NCBI GenBank assembly: GCA_963792585.1
Contig: CAWBWI010000001.1
Span: 128,001 to 192,000 of the forward strand
Direction of reading: 5' to 3'
DNA length: 64,000 bases
From: Candidatus Eiseniibacteriota bacterium
GTDB taxonomy: Bacteria > Eisenbacteria > RBG-16-71-46 > CAIMUX01 > VGJL01
Shown here: one piece after another, positions 31,453 through 41,607 of the stretch
How positions within the stretch are numbered: position 1 is the first letter of the stretch
Layout: the number at the start of each line of letters is the position of its first letter
Program-made: the position numbers and the translations under genes
Notes under the pieces: model-generated
What the model saw: the letters and a program-made list of their open reading frames with translations, nothing else
The model's database searches: none
What the model was told of the DNA's origin: nothing

Positions 31453-34400
31453 CTAGGCCGCTCGCCCAACTCGGAGCGAGGCGAATTCCGCCTGATATCG
31501 TTCCACCTCGGGAGCGACGCGCGCGAGCAGCTCCGGCAGCTGCGTCATGTCTCCCGATTCGGAGCGGCTTTCGATCTCCTCGAAGAGGCGGCCAAGCGCG
31601 GCTGCGCCGATCGTCCGGCTCGTGCCCTTCAGCGTGTGGGCGTGGAATCGCAGGCGGGGACGATTATCAGACTCGAGCGCGATCTTCATCTCATCCACGC
31701 GTGCGGTGACCGTTCGGACATACTCGTCGATCAGATGCTGCAAGAAGTCGGGATCGCCGCCTCCGATGTCCTGCAGGCATTCCTTGTCGAGTACGGGCGC
31801 GAAAGGACGCCGGACCTCGATGGTCGCATCCGGCGCCCGGCGGAAGCGCAGGAGCGCGTCGCGGAGCTCATCGGGCTTGACCGGCTTGGCGACATAATCA
31901 TCCATCCCCGATGCGATGCACTTCTCGCGATCACCCTGCATGGCGCTGGCGGTCATCGCGATGATGGGGATACGGCGCCCGGTTCCCTCCTCGCTCGCAC
32001 GGATGGCGATCGTCGCCTCGTAGCCGTCCATCTCGGGCATGTGGCAGTCCATCAGGATGGCGTGGTAGGGGATCCGCTTCGCCGCAGCAAGGGCCTCCGC
32101 GCCGTTCGCGACCGCCTCGGCCCGGCATCCGAGCCGGGCGAGCAGGTGCAGGGCGACCTTCTGGTTGACCGTGTTGTCCTCGGCCACGAGGACGCGCATC
32201 CCCTCGAGCGGCGCCAGTCGATGGCTGGCCTGAGCGCTTTCAGCCGCGGCGCGTCTGTCCTCCGCCGCCGGCCAGCCGAACACGGTCACGAGCGCATTGA
32301 GGAGTTGCGACTGGCGGACGGGCTTCGTCGCCCACGCGGCGTAGCCGCGAGCGCGCATCTCGTCGGCCGATCCGGTCCCGCCGGAAGAGGAAAGCAGGAT
32401 GAGAGCGGTCGGGGCAAGCGCCGGGTCGTTCTTGATCTCGTGCGCGGTCTGGTCGCCGTCCATCCCCGGCATCTGCATGTCCATCAGGACGACCCGGAAG
32501 CGATCCTCCGGCGGCGCCTCACGCAGGACTCGGAGCGCTTCGAAGCCATTGGGGGCCTCTTCGGGTCGCATGCCCCAGGCGGTGAGCTGGGCGCGCAGGA
32601 TCCGCCGGTTGGTCACGTGGTCGTCGACGACCAGCGCCCGAACGCCGTCGAGACTCGAGGGATAGCGTCGTTCGGCCCGTAGGCGGGATGCCCGTCGAAG
32701 CGGCAGTTCAATCCAGAACTCGCTGCCTTCGCCCGGCGCGCTCTGCAGTCCGATCTTTCCGCCCATCATCTCGCAGAGCTGCTTCGAGATCGTGAGCCCC
32801 AAACCGGTCCCGCCGTACTTCCGCGTCGTTCCGTTTTCGGCCTGGGAGAAGCTATCGAAGATGCCGGCCTGCTTGTCCTGCGGGATGCCGATTCCCGTAT
32901 CGCGAACCGAGAGATGCACGTCGGCCCCCTCGAGATTCACCCTCACGACGGACGCCTCGAGGATCACCGATCCCTGCTCCGTGAACTTCAGGGCGTTTCC
33001 GAGCAGGTTCGTGAGCACCTGGCGGATCCTTCCCGGATCGCCGCAGTAGAGCAACTGGCCGTCGGCCGGGATGACGCAAATCAGCTCGAGCCCCTTCTCG
33101 CGCGCCACGGGGGAGAGGAGTTCCGTCGTCTCCTCGAGGATCGTCCGCAGGTCGAAGTCGATGTACTCGAGCTTCAGCTTGCCCGCCTCGATCTTCGAGA
33201 AATCGAGGATGTCGTTGATGATGGTCAGGAGCGCCTCGCCGCTGCTGCGGACGCTCTCGACAAAGTCGCGCTGCTCGACGGTCAAGTTCGTGTCGAGGAG
33301 CAACCCCGTCATCCCGATGACTCCGTTCATCGGGGTGCGGATCTCGTGGCTCATGTTCGCCACGAAGTCGGCTTTCGTTCGCGCAGCCGCGGCCGCGGCG
33401 GCGGCCAGATCGTTCGCCCGCACCACCGCCTGCTCCAGTCGCGCATTCGCCTCGGCCAGTGCGCGCATCGAGTGCTCTCGGTCCGTGACGTCGCGGGCGA
33501 TTCCGCAGATTCCGAGGATCTCGCCGTTCTCGTCGCGCAGGGGCGCCTTGACGATGTTGAGCGTCCGAGGTCCGCCCGGCAGGTTCCGGGAGACCTCCTC
33601 CTCGATAACCTCGCCAAGGAGGACCTTTGGATCGACGCTTTCGATGTGCCGGGACAGTTCTTCGTCGAAGATCTCACGGTCGAGGTGGCCAAGGATCTCC
33701 TCGGGACTGCGTCCAATGAGTTTGCACATTGCCGGGTTCACCAGCGTGTACCGCTGGTCCCGGTCCTTGGTGAAGATGGTGTCGGTCGCATTGTTGAGCA
33801 CGGCGCCCAGCTTCGCACCCGAGACGCGAAGCTCCTCCTCGGCCTCACGACGCTCGGTGATGTCGTGAACGATCGAGTAGAGCAGGGATCTGCCGCGAAC
33901 GACGATGGGAACGGTGTGGGTCTCGACGTCCCGGATCGTGCCATCGGCGAGTCGATGCCGGCAATGGGGGCGAGTTTGGGTCATCTCTCCGCCTGCGAGG
34001 ATCTGCTGCTGCACCTCCTCGGGCGACATCACGACAATGTCCTTGATGTTCTTGCTCTGGAGCGCCTCGTGAGGCAATCGATAGAATTCCGACGCGGCCG
34101 CATTCGCCTCCGCGATCGAACCATCCACGGGATCGATCAGCAACATGACCGCGTCGCTGTCCTCGAACATCCCCCTGTACTGGGCTTCCGACTCGGCGAT
34201 CCTCTCCATGACCTCGCGGCGCCGCCGGGCGGCGACGTAGAAGATGGTGAGAAGGGTCCCGAGGAGAATCGTCACCAGGTTCGCTCCGAGTCGGGCCGCC
34301 GCGATCTTGGATGCCCACTCCTGCGCCGACAAGTCCATCCCGAGCACCGCGTCGGCGGCCTCGCCGTCGCCCCCGATCGGCGCCAGCGCGCTGACCCATG

Positions 34401-35538
34401 TGCCCCAATCGTCCTGCAGGGGGCCCTCGGTGAATGCCTCGCCGGATGTGAACATCCCGAGAAGGCGCTCGCTGGCGTCCTCATAGGGATCCCCCGGAAG
34501 GGAGAGGTCCGGTGAATCGGGCGGCTCGGAGTCGACGAGAAAGACGACCCGACCGTCGTTCATTCCGAAGATGTAGGTGAAACGGCAATCTGGACTGGCG
34601 TGCGTCACTCGGGTCAACTCGGCTTTGATCCGCTGATACTCGGGCTTCTCGATGACCTCGGATCCGCCGGCAAGCGCTCTCACGCTCGAGCCGTCGAGCG
34701 AAGCGGCCGCTATCCTGGCGCGGAGGAGAAGGCCGGCCCGGAGTTCTCGATCCTTCATCGACTCGGCCGCGAGGGATGCCGCCCAACCTCCCATCAATAC
34801 GATGGCCAATGCGACAACGACCCACCGCTCTCGGTCCGGCCCAGCTTCCGGCGACGAACGCCTGCCCCGCGCGCAGTAGTGGTGCCAGACGCTTGCCGCG
34901 ATCATGACGGCGGCGAGGGCCGCCAACCCCCGGACGCCGGGCCGCATGTAGTCGATCGCGACCGCACCCCCGGTCAGGGTTCCGGCCGGGGGACGTCCTA
35001 TCATCGAGATCCATAGGTGCGAGACGACGAATAGCCCGATCCCCGAGGCCGCGACAACCAGTGATCGGGGTGGCGGTGCCTGCGACTGCCGCAAACGCAG
35101 GAGCACCCGCGCGGTCCAGAAAGCTCCAGCCAGGCCCAGGCAGATCTCACCCGCGATCTCGAGGACTGCGGGGCCCCGGAGCCATCCCGTGAGACTCAAT
35201 CCAACGAGGGCGTAGAGCGCCCAACGGCCGGGCGCCCGTCCGCCGGCACGGAGGATCCCGATGCGGCCGAATTCGAAGAGGCACGCCATGGATCCGAGGC
35301 AAAGGAGGACGCGAAGCACCATCATGGGCGTGCTGTCGCCCGTGGAAAGTACGACCATCTCGAGCCATTGGGCAATGCCCTGGAGGAAGGCGAAATTCCC
35401 CAGGTGATTCCATGGGACGTGGTCGGCACCCGATCGGGATTGCGCACGGGCCGCGGCAGCCGCGAACAAGAAGGCAAAGCCGCACACAAGAAGGATGAAG
35501 TCGACTTGACCCGTCAGGAAAGCGGCCATCCGCTGCAT
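31453..35538 (-). CDS. Membrane hybrid sensor histidine kinase (multi-TM, periplasmic sensor, 2 PAS, HisKA, HATPase, 2 REC, HPt)
   Basis: FVANMSHEIRTPMNG, GGTGLGL, ALVVDD and VLVAEDN receivers, HAHTLKG HPt. Start is 35529 or 35538. Confidence 0.93.
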   Translation of the reverse strand: MQRMAAFLTGQVDFILLVCGFAFLFAAAAARAQSRSGADHVPWNHLGNFAFLQGIAQWLEMVVLSTGDSTPMMVLRVLLCLGSMACLFEFGRIGILRAGGRAPGRWALYALVGLSLTGWLRGPAVLEIAGEICLGLAGAFWTARVLLRLRQSQAPPPRSLVVAASGIGLFVVSHLWISMIGRPPAGTLTGGAVAIDYMRPGVRGLAALAAVMIAASVWHHYCARGRRSSPEAGPDRERWVVVALAIVLMGGWAASLAAESMKDRELRAGLLLRARIAAASLDGSSVRALAGGSEVIEKPEYQRIKAELTRVTHASPDCRFTYIFGMNDGRVVFLVDSEPPDSPDLSLPGDPYEDASERLLGMFTSGEAFTEGPLQDDWGTWVSALAPIGGDGEAADAVLGMDLSAQEWASKIAAARLGANLVTILLGTLLTIFYVAARRRREVMERIAESEAQYRGMFEDSDAVMLLIDPVDGSIAEANAAASEFYRLPHEALQSKNIKDIVVMSPEEVQQQILAGGEMTQTRPHCRHRLADGTIRDVETHTVPIVVRGRSLLYSIVHDITERREAEEELRVSGAKLGAVLNNATDTIFTKDRDQRYTLVNPAMCKLIGRSPEEILGHLDREIFDEELSRHIESVDPKVLLGEVIEEEVSRNLPGGPRTLNIVKAPLRDENGEILGICGIARDVTDREHSMRALAEANARLEQAVVRANDLAAAAAAAARTKADFVANMSHEIRTPMNGVIGMTGLLLDTNLTVEQRDFVESVRSSGEALLTIINDILDFSKIEAGKLKLEYIDFDLRTILEETTELLSPVAREKGLELICVIPADGQLLYCGDPGRIRQVLTNLLGNALKFTEQGSVILEASVVRVNLEGADVHLSVRDTGIGIPQDKQAGIFDSFSQAENGTTRKYGGTGLGLTISKQLCEMMGGKIGLQSAPGEGSEFWIELPLRRASRLRAERRYPSSLDGVRALVVDDHVTNRRILRAQLTAWGMRPEEAPNGFEALRVLREAPPEDRFRVVLMDMQMPGMDGDQTAHEIKNDPALAPTALILLSSSGGTGSADEMRARGYAAWATKPVRQSQLLNALVTVFGWPAAEDRRAAAESAQASHRLAPLEGMRVLVAEDNTVNQKVALHLLARLGCRAEAVANGAEALAAAKRIPYHAILMDCHMPEMDGYEATIAIRASEEGTGRRIPIIAMTASAMQGDREKCIASGMDDYVAKPVKPDELRDALLRFRRAPDATIEVRRPFAPVLDKECLQDIGGGDPDFLQHLIDEYVRTVTARVDEMKIALESDNRPRLRFHAHTLKGTSRTIGAAALGRLFEEIESRSESGDMTQLPELLARVAPEVERYQAEFASLRVGRAA

Positions 35539-35677
35539 TTCCTCCCAGTAACCATGGAATTCCGATCCGCTTATGTCTGGCATATCGGAAAGTCCCGTGG
35601 AAACCCTTAGGAGAAAACAGCCCCAGGCGAGGTCGGGGCTGGCACGTATCCCGAGGTCGTGTAACCGGATAGACGGG

Positions 35678-36832
35678 CTACGGACGACGGGGGCAGGGCG
35701 GGAGGTTCAGTTCGCCCGTCGGGTCGGTCGCCTGCGCTTCTGCGCAGTCGAGCGGATCGCAGCAGGTGTGGCAAACACGCTTGAGGGCGCGGAAACCCAT
35801 GAGGCGGATTCTCGCCGTCAGGGAATCTTCACGAGGGTTCTGCTCCCGCAGGAGATCGGTGCTCAAGTACTTCTTGTTGTCGTCCGGGAAGACGGTGGCG
35901 ACAACGGAGTCGTCTCCGCGGTCGTTCTGGATCATCACCGCCCCCAGGAAGTTGGCTCCCGAGGAGATGCCGACGCCCAGGCCCAACTCGGCGGCCAGCC
36001 TTTGGGCCATCAGGATCGCGTCGCCGTCATCGACGCTGACGATTCGATCGAGGCTGGAGAGTTCGACGATCGGGGGGATGAACTCGTCCGAGATCCCTTG
36101 GATTCGGTGCTTGCCGACCTTGCAGCCGGTCGATAGCGTCGGTGAGTTTGCCGGCTCGAGCGGGTGCAGGGCTGCGTCGGCGTGGACCTGTTTCAAGAAC
36201 CTGCCGACCCCCATGATCGTGCCGCCCGTTCCCACCCCCGCTATGAACGCGTCGGGCTTCAAGCCCCGGAAGCGCAGCTGCCACCAGATCTCAGGTCCCG
36301 TCGTGCCCGCGTGCGCTTCGATGTTGTCCACGTTCGAGAACTGCCGGGGGAGGAAAGCCCGATCCACCTGTCCCGCGGTCTCTTCCGCGAGCCGGATGCT
36401 GCCGAGGAATCCTCCATCCTCCTTGGTGACGAGCGTGATGCCTGCGCCCAGGCAGCGGATCAGGTTGATCCGTTCCTGGCTCATCCAGTCGGGCATGAAG
36501 ATCCGCACGGGGTGTCCGAGGGCGCGCCCGATTGCGGCGAATGAAATCCCGGTGTTCCCGCTCGTCGCCTCGACGATCAGATCCCCCGGGCGAAGGGTGC
36601 CGCGCTCGTAGCCCATCCGCATGATGTGCAGGGCCATGCGGTCCTTGATGCTCCCGGTCATGTTGAGATTCTCGGCCTTGGCGTAGATGACGCGGGGCCG
36701 GCCGTCGTACTCGAAGTCGATGGCCAGCAGGGGGGTATTCCCGACCAGGCGGGATAGTCCCTGGAGCCGGGCGTCGAGCGCTTCGTCGATGTTCGGAAGC
36801 GAGGTCGATTCGCGCACGGTTTTGGTCGACAA
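35678..36832 (-). CDS. PLP-dependent cysteine synthase-family protein
   Basis: VGNTPL, TGSIKDR (PLP Lys), [29 protein letters not shown] start with GGGAGG RBS; Cys-rich tail. Confidence 0.9.
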   Translation of the reverse strand: MSTKTVRESTSLPNIDEALDARLQGLSRLVGNTPLLAIDFEYDGRPRVIYAKAENLNMTGSIKDRMALHIMRMGYERGTLRPGDLIVEATSGNTGISFAAIGRALGHPVRIFMPDWMSQERINLIRCLGAGITLVTKEDGGFLGSIRLAEETAGQVDRAFLPRQFSNVDNIEAHAGTTGPEIWWQLRFRGLKPDAFIAGVGTGGTIMGVGRFLKQVHADAALHPLEPANSPTLSTGCKVGKHRIQGISDEFIPPIVELSSLDRIVSVDDGDAILMAQRLAAELGLGVGISSGANFLGAVMIQNDRGDDSVVATVFPDDNKKYLSTDLLREQNPREDSLTARIRLMGFRALKRVCHTCCDPLDCAEAQATDPTGELNLPPCPRRP

Positions 36833-36939
36833 GGAGGAACCTCCCGCGGCCCGCGAAAAGGGTGAGTACCGACGCAACGTCCCGGCCGGTCGGATTCTAT
36901 CCTGCGGATCCGTCCGGGGCCATCCCTTTGCGTGGCAGG

Positions 36940-37965
36940 CTAGGGGGAGGATGCCTCCGGGAGTTCTTCTGTCGAACCCTCGCGATCGGCGCCGAAGTGG
37001 GCATTCACCAGGGGCAGCAGCCGAAGCCATTTGGGGTTGTTCCCCGCGTAGTTCAGCAGGCCGATCTCGATGCCGTGCAGCAGGGGCGCGGTGTTCAAGA
37101 GCGCGATCGATACCCCTCGCAGCTCTTCCCGGTACCGGCAGTAGCCGCCGGCCCCGAATCCGGTGAGGCTCCCGGCGCGGTTGTAGCCGCCGGCGATCAG
37201 CGCGCCCGCCGCCCGGTCCGCTCCAACGCCCAGGCCCCCCACGGCCAAGCCGGTCAGCTCTTCGGCGCCCGCCCCGATGCCGCCGATCGCGACGCCGCGA
37301 ACCGACTTGCCACCGACGCCGATCCCTCCGACTGCGAGTCCGGCGACCGACTCGCCGCCGACGCCGACGCCGCCGAGGAAGATCCCATCGAGCGTTGTCC
37401 CACCCACACCGATGCCACCGATTCCGATGCCCTTCATATCGTCACCGCCGCAGCCGATCCCCCCGACGGCGATCCCGCGGACGATGTCCGAGCCGACGCC
37501 GATGCCGCCGATCGCGACGCCGTGCACGCGGTCGCCTCCGACACCGATGCCGCCGATCGCAACGCCGTCGACGCGGTCGCTTCCGACGCCGATGCCGCCG
37601 ATCGCAACCCCCGCCATCCGGTCGGCGCCGATCCCGACCCCGGCGACGGCGATTCCCCGGATCGAGGCGCCCGCGGCGCCGACGCCCCCCAAGGCAAGCC
37701 CGTCGATGCTCTTTCCGGCGGCTCCGACGATCCCGAGGGAGACGCCGCGCAGGACCCCTTCCGCGTCCTTGTGGGGCGGGCCGAACGTGAGATTCACCCC
37801 TTGGACGATCTCCACGTCGCGGTCCCGGAAGTTGATGCGCACGCCGTTCCACCTGGGTGCGTTGCCGATCGACACGCCCGTGTGCGCGACGCCCAGGTCG
37901 AGCGATCCGTGTGCGGGCGGGGCGCTAAGGCCGAGCGCGATGAGTGCGAGCGCCAGGGATTTCAT
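36940..37965 (-). CDS. Secreted Gly-rich 15-aa repeat protein (LA_2272-like surface repeat)
   Basis: Signal peptide; about 11 copies of G(I/V/L)A(I/V)GGIGVG...; C-terminal [23 protein letters not shown]. Confidence 0.75.
   Translation of the reverse strand: MKSLALALIALGLSAPPAHGSLDLGVAHTGVSIGNAPRWNGVRINFRDRDVEIVQGVNLTFGPPHKDAEGVLRGVSLGIVGAAGKSIDGLALGGVGAAGASIRGIAVAGVGIGADRMAGVAIGGIGVGSDRVDGVAIGGIGVGGDRVHGVAIGGIGVGSDIVRGIAVGGIGCGGDDMKGIGIGGIGVGGTTLDGIFLGGVGVGGESVAGLAVGGIGVGGKSVRGVAIGGIGAGAEELTGLAVGGLGVGADRAAGALIAGGYNRAGSLTGFGAGGYCRYREELRGVSIALLNTAPLLHGIEIGLLNYAGNNPKWLRLLPLVNAHFGADREGSTEELPEASSP
37230..37710. repeat. 45-bp coding tandem repeat
   Basis: CCGATGCCGCCGATCGC-like units recur every 45 bp inside the Gly-rich gene; boundaries approximate. 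Confidence 0.8.
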
Positions 37966-38068
37966 CTTGGAACCTCCTCGCAGAAATAGATGCGGCCGAT
38001 CCGGACGCGATTCGTCCCGCCGGGAGGGGCTCGCAGACGGCGTGGGGAACGTCTACCATCCAACGGTT

Positions 38069-41000
38069 ATGCAAGAGGACGATCGCCGCAATCACGATTT
38101 CGATCCCAACCGGACCCTACTTCCGGGAGATCCGACGCAGCAGTTTGCGCAGGAGGACCCGGACGCAACGATGGCTCCTTCTCGAGCTTCATCCCCGGCG
38201 CCCGCGATCCCGGAAAGGCCCACGGACGTCCCCGAGTCGATCGGATCCTATCGGATCCTGGGAGAGCTCGGCCGAGGGGGTATGGGCGTCGTCTATCTGG
38301 CCATCGATCCGAAGCTGGATCGGCGCATCGCCCTGAAGGTTCTTCCGGAACGTTTCGCCGGCGACCCCGTGATCTTCTCCCACTTCCAGCGGGAGGCGAG
38401 GATCCTCGCATCGATGAACCACGCGAACATCGCGACCATCCACTCGCTCGAATCGATGGAGTCGATCCACTTCCTCACGATGGAGATGATCGCGGGGCGG
38501 AGTCTCGCGAGCGCGCTGGCCGGGGGAACGCTGACGGTGGACGAAAGCCTCGCGGTCTGTCGCCAGATCGCGGTCGCGCTGGAGGCGGCGCACCGCAACG
38601 GCGTCATCCACCTCGATCTCAAGCCTCAGAATGTCATGGTGACGCCCGACGGGCTCGTCAAGGTGCTCGACTTCGGGCTGGCGATGGCGCTCGGAATCGA
38701 GACGACCGAGGCCGGGGAGAACCGGATTCGGGCGCGCGCGCAGGATGCCATCAGCGGGACCCCCGGCTACATGAGCCCCGAGCAGATACGCGGCGAGCAG
38801 GTCGACGGCCGGACGGACCTCTTCGCGTTCGGTTGCATCCTCTACGAGTGTCTTGCGGGCCGACCTGCCTTCCCCGGCGCGGATCTCGGCGAGCGATTCC
38901 GGGTCACCCTGGAGGAGGAACCCGACTTCGCAGCGCTCGACACGTCGGTTCCGCCGCGGGTGAAGGATCTCATCGGTCGTTGCCTCTCCAAGACCGTGGC
39001 GGACCGACCCGAGTCCTTGACGGTCGTTCGCCGGACGCTCGAAGAAGAGGTCGCCTTGCGCGCGCTGCCGTCCCTGAGTGCGCGCGCGGAAGCCGTGCCC
39101 AACAACCTCCCCGCGCAACTCACCGGGTTCATCGGGCGCGAGAAGCAGAAGGCAGAACTCGCGACCCTGCTTCGGGAGCACAGGCTGGTCACGCTGACCG
39201 GAGTCGGGGGCGGTGGGAAGACGCGACTGTCGATCGAGGTCGCACGGACCTCGCTGACCGACGGTTCGGACGGTGTCTGGTTCATCGAGCTCGCGTCGCT
39301 TGCATCGGGAGACCTCGTGCCGGGGGCCGTGGCGGCGGTTCTCAAACTCCGCGACGAGGCGGGCGTGAAGCCCGAGACTGCGATCGCGCGCGCGATCGGT
39401 GCGCGGAAGGTAAGCCTGATCCTCGACAACTGCGAGCACCTGCTCGACGAAGTCGCGAGGCTCGCCTCGACGCTGCTCTCCGCCTGTTCGGATCTCCGGA
39501 TCCTCGCCACGAGTCGTGAAGCCCTCGGGGTGGCGGGCGAAGCCGCCTACCATGTCCCGTCGCTCGCCGTGCCACCGACCGAGGCCGGCGTGTCGCTGGA
39601 GGCGCTATCGGCCAATGAGTCGGTACAGCTCTTCGTGGCGCGCGCGTCGGCGGTGAATCCATCGTTCATCGTGGACGAACGCAATGCCGCGTCCGTGGCG
39701 TTGATTTGCAGACGGCTCGACGGCATCCCGCTCGCCCTGGAACTCGCGGCCGCCCGCGTGCGGGTCCTCCCACCCGAAGAGATCGCGAAACGGCTGACCG
39801 ATCGCTTTCGCCTGCTCACCACATCGAGCCGCACGGCCCTTCCGCGCCACCAAACGCTGCGAGCGCTGATCGATTGGAGCTACGACCACCTTACGGAAGC
39901 GGAGCAGGGATTGCTCCGCAGGCTCTCGCTGTTCGCGGGCGGTTGGACCCTGGACGCGGCGGAATCGATCTGTGCCGGGGACGGGATCGAGGACTGGGAG
40001 ATCCTCGATAGCCTCACCTCGCTTGTCGAGAAGTCGCTCGTGGAGAACGACGTGGAGGGCGGCCAGGGAATCGGAAAGCCTCGGTACCGGATGCTGGAGA
40101 CAATCCGCGAATACGCGCAGGCCCGGCTCCTCGAACTCAAGGAGGGGGCGGAGGTCCTCGGCCGCCACCGCGCCTACTTCGTCGAACTGGCCGAAGAACT
40201 CGCCGCCAGGTTGACGGGACCGGAGCAGGCGATATCTCTGCGGCGCCTGGCGGCGGAGCACGAGAACCTGCGCCTGGCCCTCGATATGTGCACAGCGCCG
40301 GGCGTCGATCCGGACCTAGGCTGGAGGCTCGCCGGGGCCCTGGGCCGCTACTGGTACCTCCGGGGTCACTGGAACGAGGGGCGCAGGGAATACGGGCGGC
40401 TGATGGAACTGCCCGACGCGTCGCGTGCGACCCCGGCCGCCGCCAACGGCATCAACTGGGCCGGCAACCTCGCGAAATTGCAGGGCGATCTCGGCCAGGC
40501 ACGGGCATTGCTCGAGGATAGCCTGGCCATCCGGCGGGGGCTCAACGATCCGTCCGGCATCGCGTCCTCTCTGAACAACCTTGGCAATGTCGTGAAGGAC
40601 CAAGGAGATCTCAAGGGGGCGCTCGCCCTTTACGAAGAGAGCCTCGCCTTGCAGCGATCGATCGGGAATCGCCCCGGGGTCGCCGTCGCCTTGAGCAGTC
40701 TGGGCGTTCTCTCCCACATGCGGGGAGATCTCCAGGCCGCACGCTCGTATCACGAAGAGAGCCTGCGCCTGAGACGAGAACTCGGAGATCGATCCAATGT
40801 GGCGGCGTCCTTGAACAACCTCGGCGTGATCGCGGAGGCGCTCGGCGACCCCGAGGCCGCGATCTCGCACCTGGAAGAGAGCGTGGGGATCCTGCGTGAT
40901 ATGGGGGATCGATGGAGCATGGCTGCCGCCTCGAGCAATCTGGGTCGGCTCGCCGAAGCCAAGGGGGACGGCGCGCGCGCCCGCACGTTCTACGAGCGGG

Positions 41001-41434
41001 CCCTGGTCGTTCTCCGCGAACTGGGCGATCGGCGCGGGAGCGCGTTGACGATGAACAATCTCGCCCTCCTCCTCGAGGCAGAGGGGGAGTGGGATGAGGC
41101 CCGGCGGTTCCTGAGAGAGAGCCTCGCGATCTTCCACGAACTCGGGGAATGCAAGCTGACCGTCTCGCTTCTGAACGCCCTCGGCGGCCTCGAGGCCGCG
41201 CAGGACCCGCTCCTCGGCGCCCGGCTCCTATCAGCCGCCGAAGCCTTGCGCGAAGAGCTGGGGGGCGCTCTCCCAGCCGCGGACTTGACCCGCTTTGAAT
41301 TGAGCGTTGCCCGCCTCCGGGAAGAACTGGGAGACGAGCGCCTCGGCTCCGTCTGGAAAGAGGGGCGCGCTCTGGGCCTCGACGGGGCGATAGTCTTGGC
41401 ACTCGAATCCTCCAAGCAAGGGCCGCGTCGATAA
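38069..41434 (+). CDS. Ser/Thr protein kinase - STAND (NB-ARC-like) ATPase - TPR protein
   Basis: LGRGGMGVVY, HLDLKPQN, DFG, GTPGYMSPEQ; NNLPAQLTGFIGR, GVGGGGKT, LDNCEHL, TSRE, LDGIPLALELAA; SLNNLG TPRs. Confidence 0.92.
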   Translation: MQEDDRRNHDFDPNRTLLPGDPTQQFAQEDPDATMAPSRASSPAPAIPERPTDVPESIGSYRILGELGRGGMGVVYLAIDPKLDRRIALKVLPERFAGDPVIFSHFQREARILASMNHANIATIHSLESMESIHFLTMEMIAGRSLASALAGGTLTVDESLAVCRQIAVALEAAHRNGVIHLDLKPQNVMVTPDGLVKVLDFGLAMALGIETTEAGENRIRARAQDAISGTPGYMSPEQIRGEQVDGRTDLFAFGCILYECLAGRPAFPGADLGERFRVTLEEEPDFAALDTSVPPRVKDLIGRCLSKTVADRPESLTVVRRTLEEEVALRALPSLSARAEAVPNNLPAQLTGFIGREKQKAELATLLREHRLVTLTGVGGGGKTRLSIEVARTSLTDGSDGVWFIELASLASGDLVPGAVAAVLKLRDEAGVKPETAIARAIGARKVSLILDNCEHLLDEVARLASTLLSACSDLRILATSREALGVAGEAAYHVPSLAVPPTEAGVSLEALSANESVQLFVARASAVNPSFIVDERNAASVALICRRLDGIPLALELAAARVRVLPPEEIAKRLTDRFRLLTTSSRTALPRHQTLRALIDWSYDHLTEAEQGLLRRLSLFAGGWTLDAAESICAGDGIEDWEILDSLTSLVEKSLVENDVEGGQGIGKPRYRMLETIREYAQARLLELKEGAEVLGRHRAYFVELAEELAARLTGPEQAISLRRLAAEHENLRLALDMCTAPGVDPDLGWRLAGALGRYWYLRGHWNEGRREYGRLMELPDASRATPAAANGINWAGNLAKLQGDLGQARALLEDSLAIRRGLNDPSGIASSLNNLGNVVKDQGDLKGALALYEESLALQRSIGNRPGVAVALSSLGVLSHMRGDLQAARSYHEESLRLRRELGDRSNVAASLNNLGVIAEALGDPEAAISHLEESVGILRDMGDRWSMAAASSNLGRLAEAKGDGARARTFYERALVVLRELGDRRGSALTMNNLALLLEAEGEWDEARRFLRESLAIFHELGECKLTVSLLNALGGLEAAQDPLLGARLLSAAEALREELGGALPAADLTRFELSVARLREELGDERLGSVWKEGRALGLDGAIVLALESSKQGPRR

Positions 41435-41607
41435 CCTGCAATATAACAATGAGATAAGTGTCGTTTTGACCGGACCGCTGCGCCGCGTGTGACTCCTCAG
41501 ATTAGATTGTGTGCATCATAGGATCAGTTTATGATCATCCGTCCCCGTGGCAACGTCGGCTCCCTTCGCGCGCACGCGCAAACACCGGACTCCGGAGGTC
41601 TGTGCCC

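Noticed and set aside
37230..37710. Regular repeats as a CRISPR array
   Set aside because: In-frame coding repeats with no unique spacers and no cas genes.
37277..38068. Pro-rich N-terminal extension of the 1385-aa kinase ORF
   Set aside because: Antisense shadow of the Gly-rich repeat gene; the real start is about 38069.
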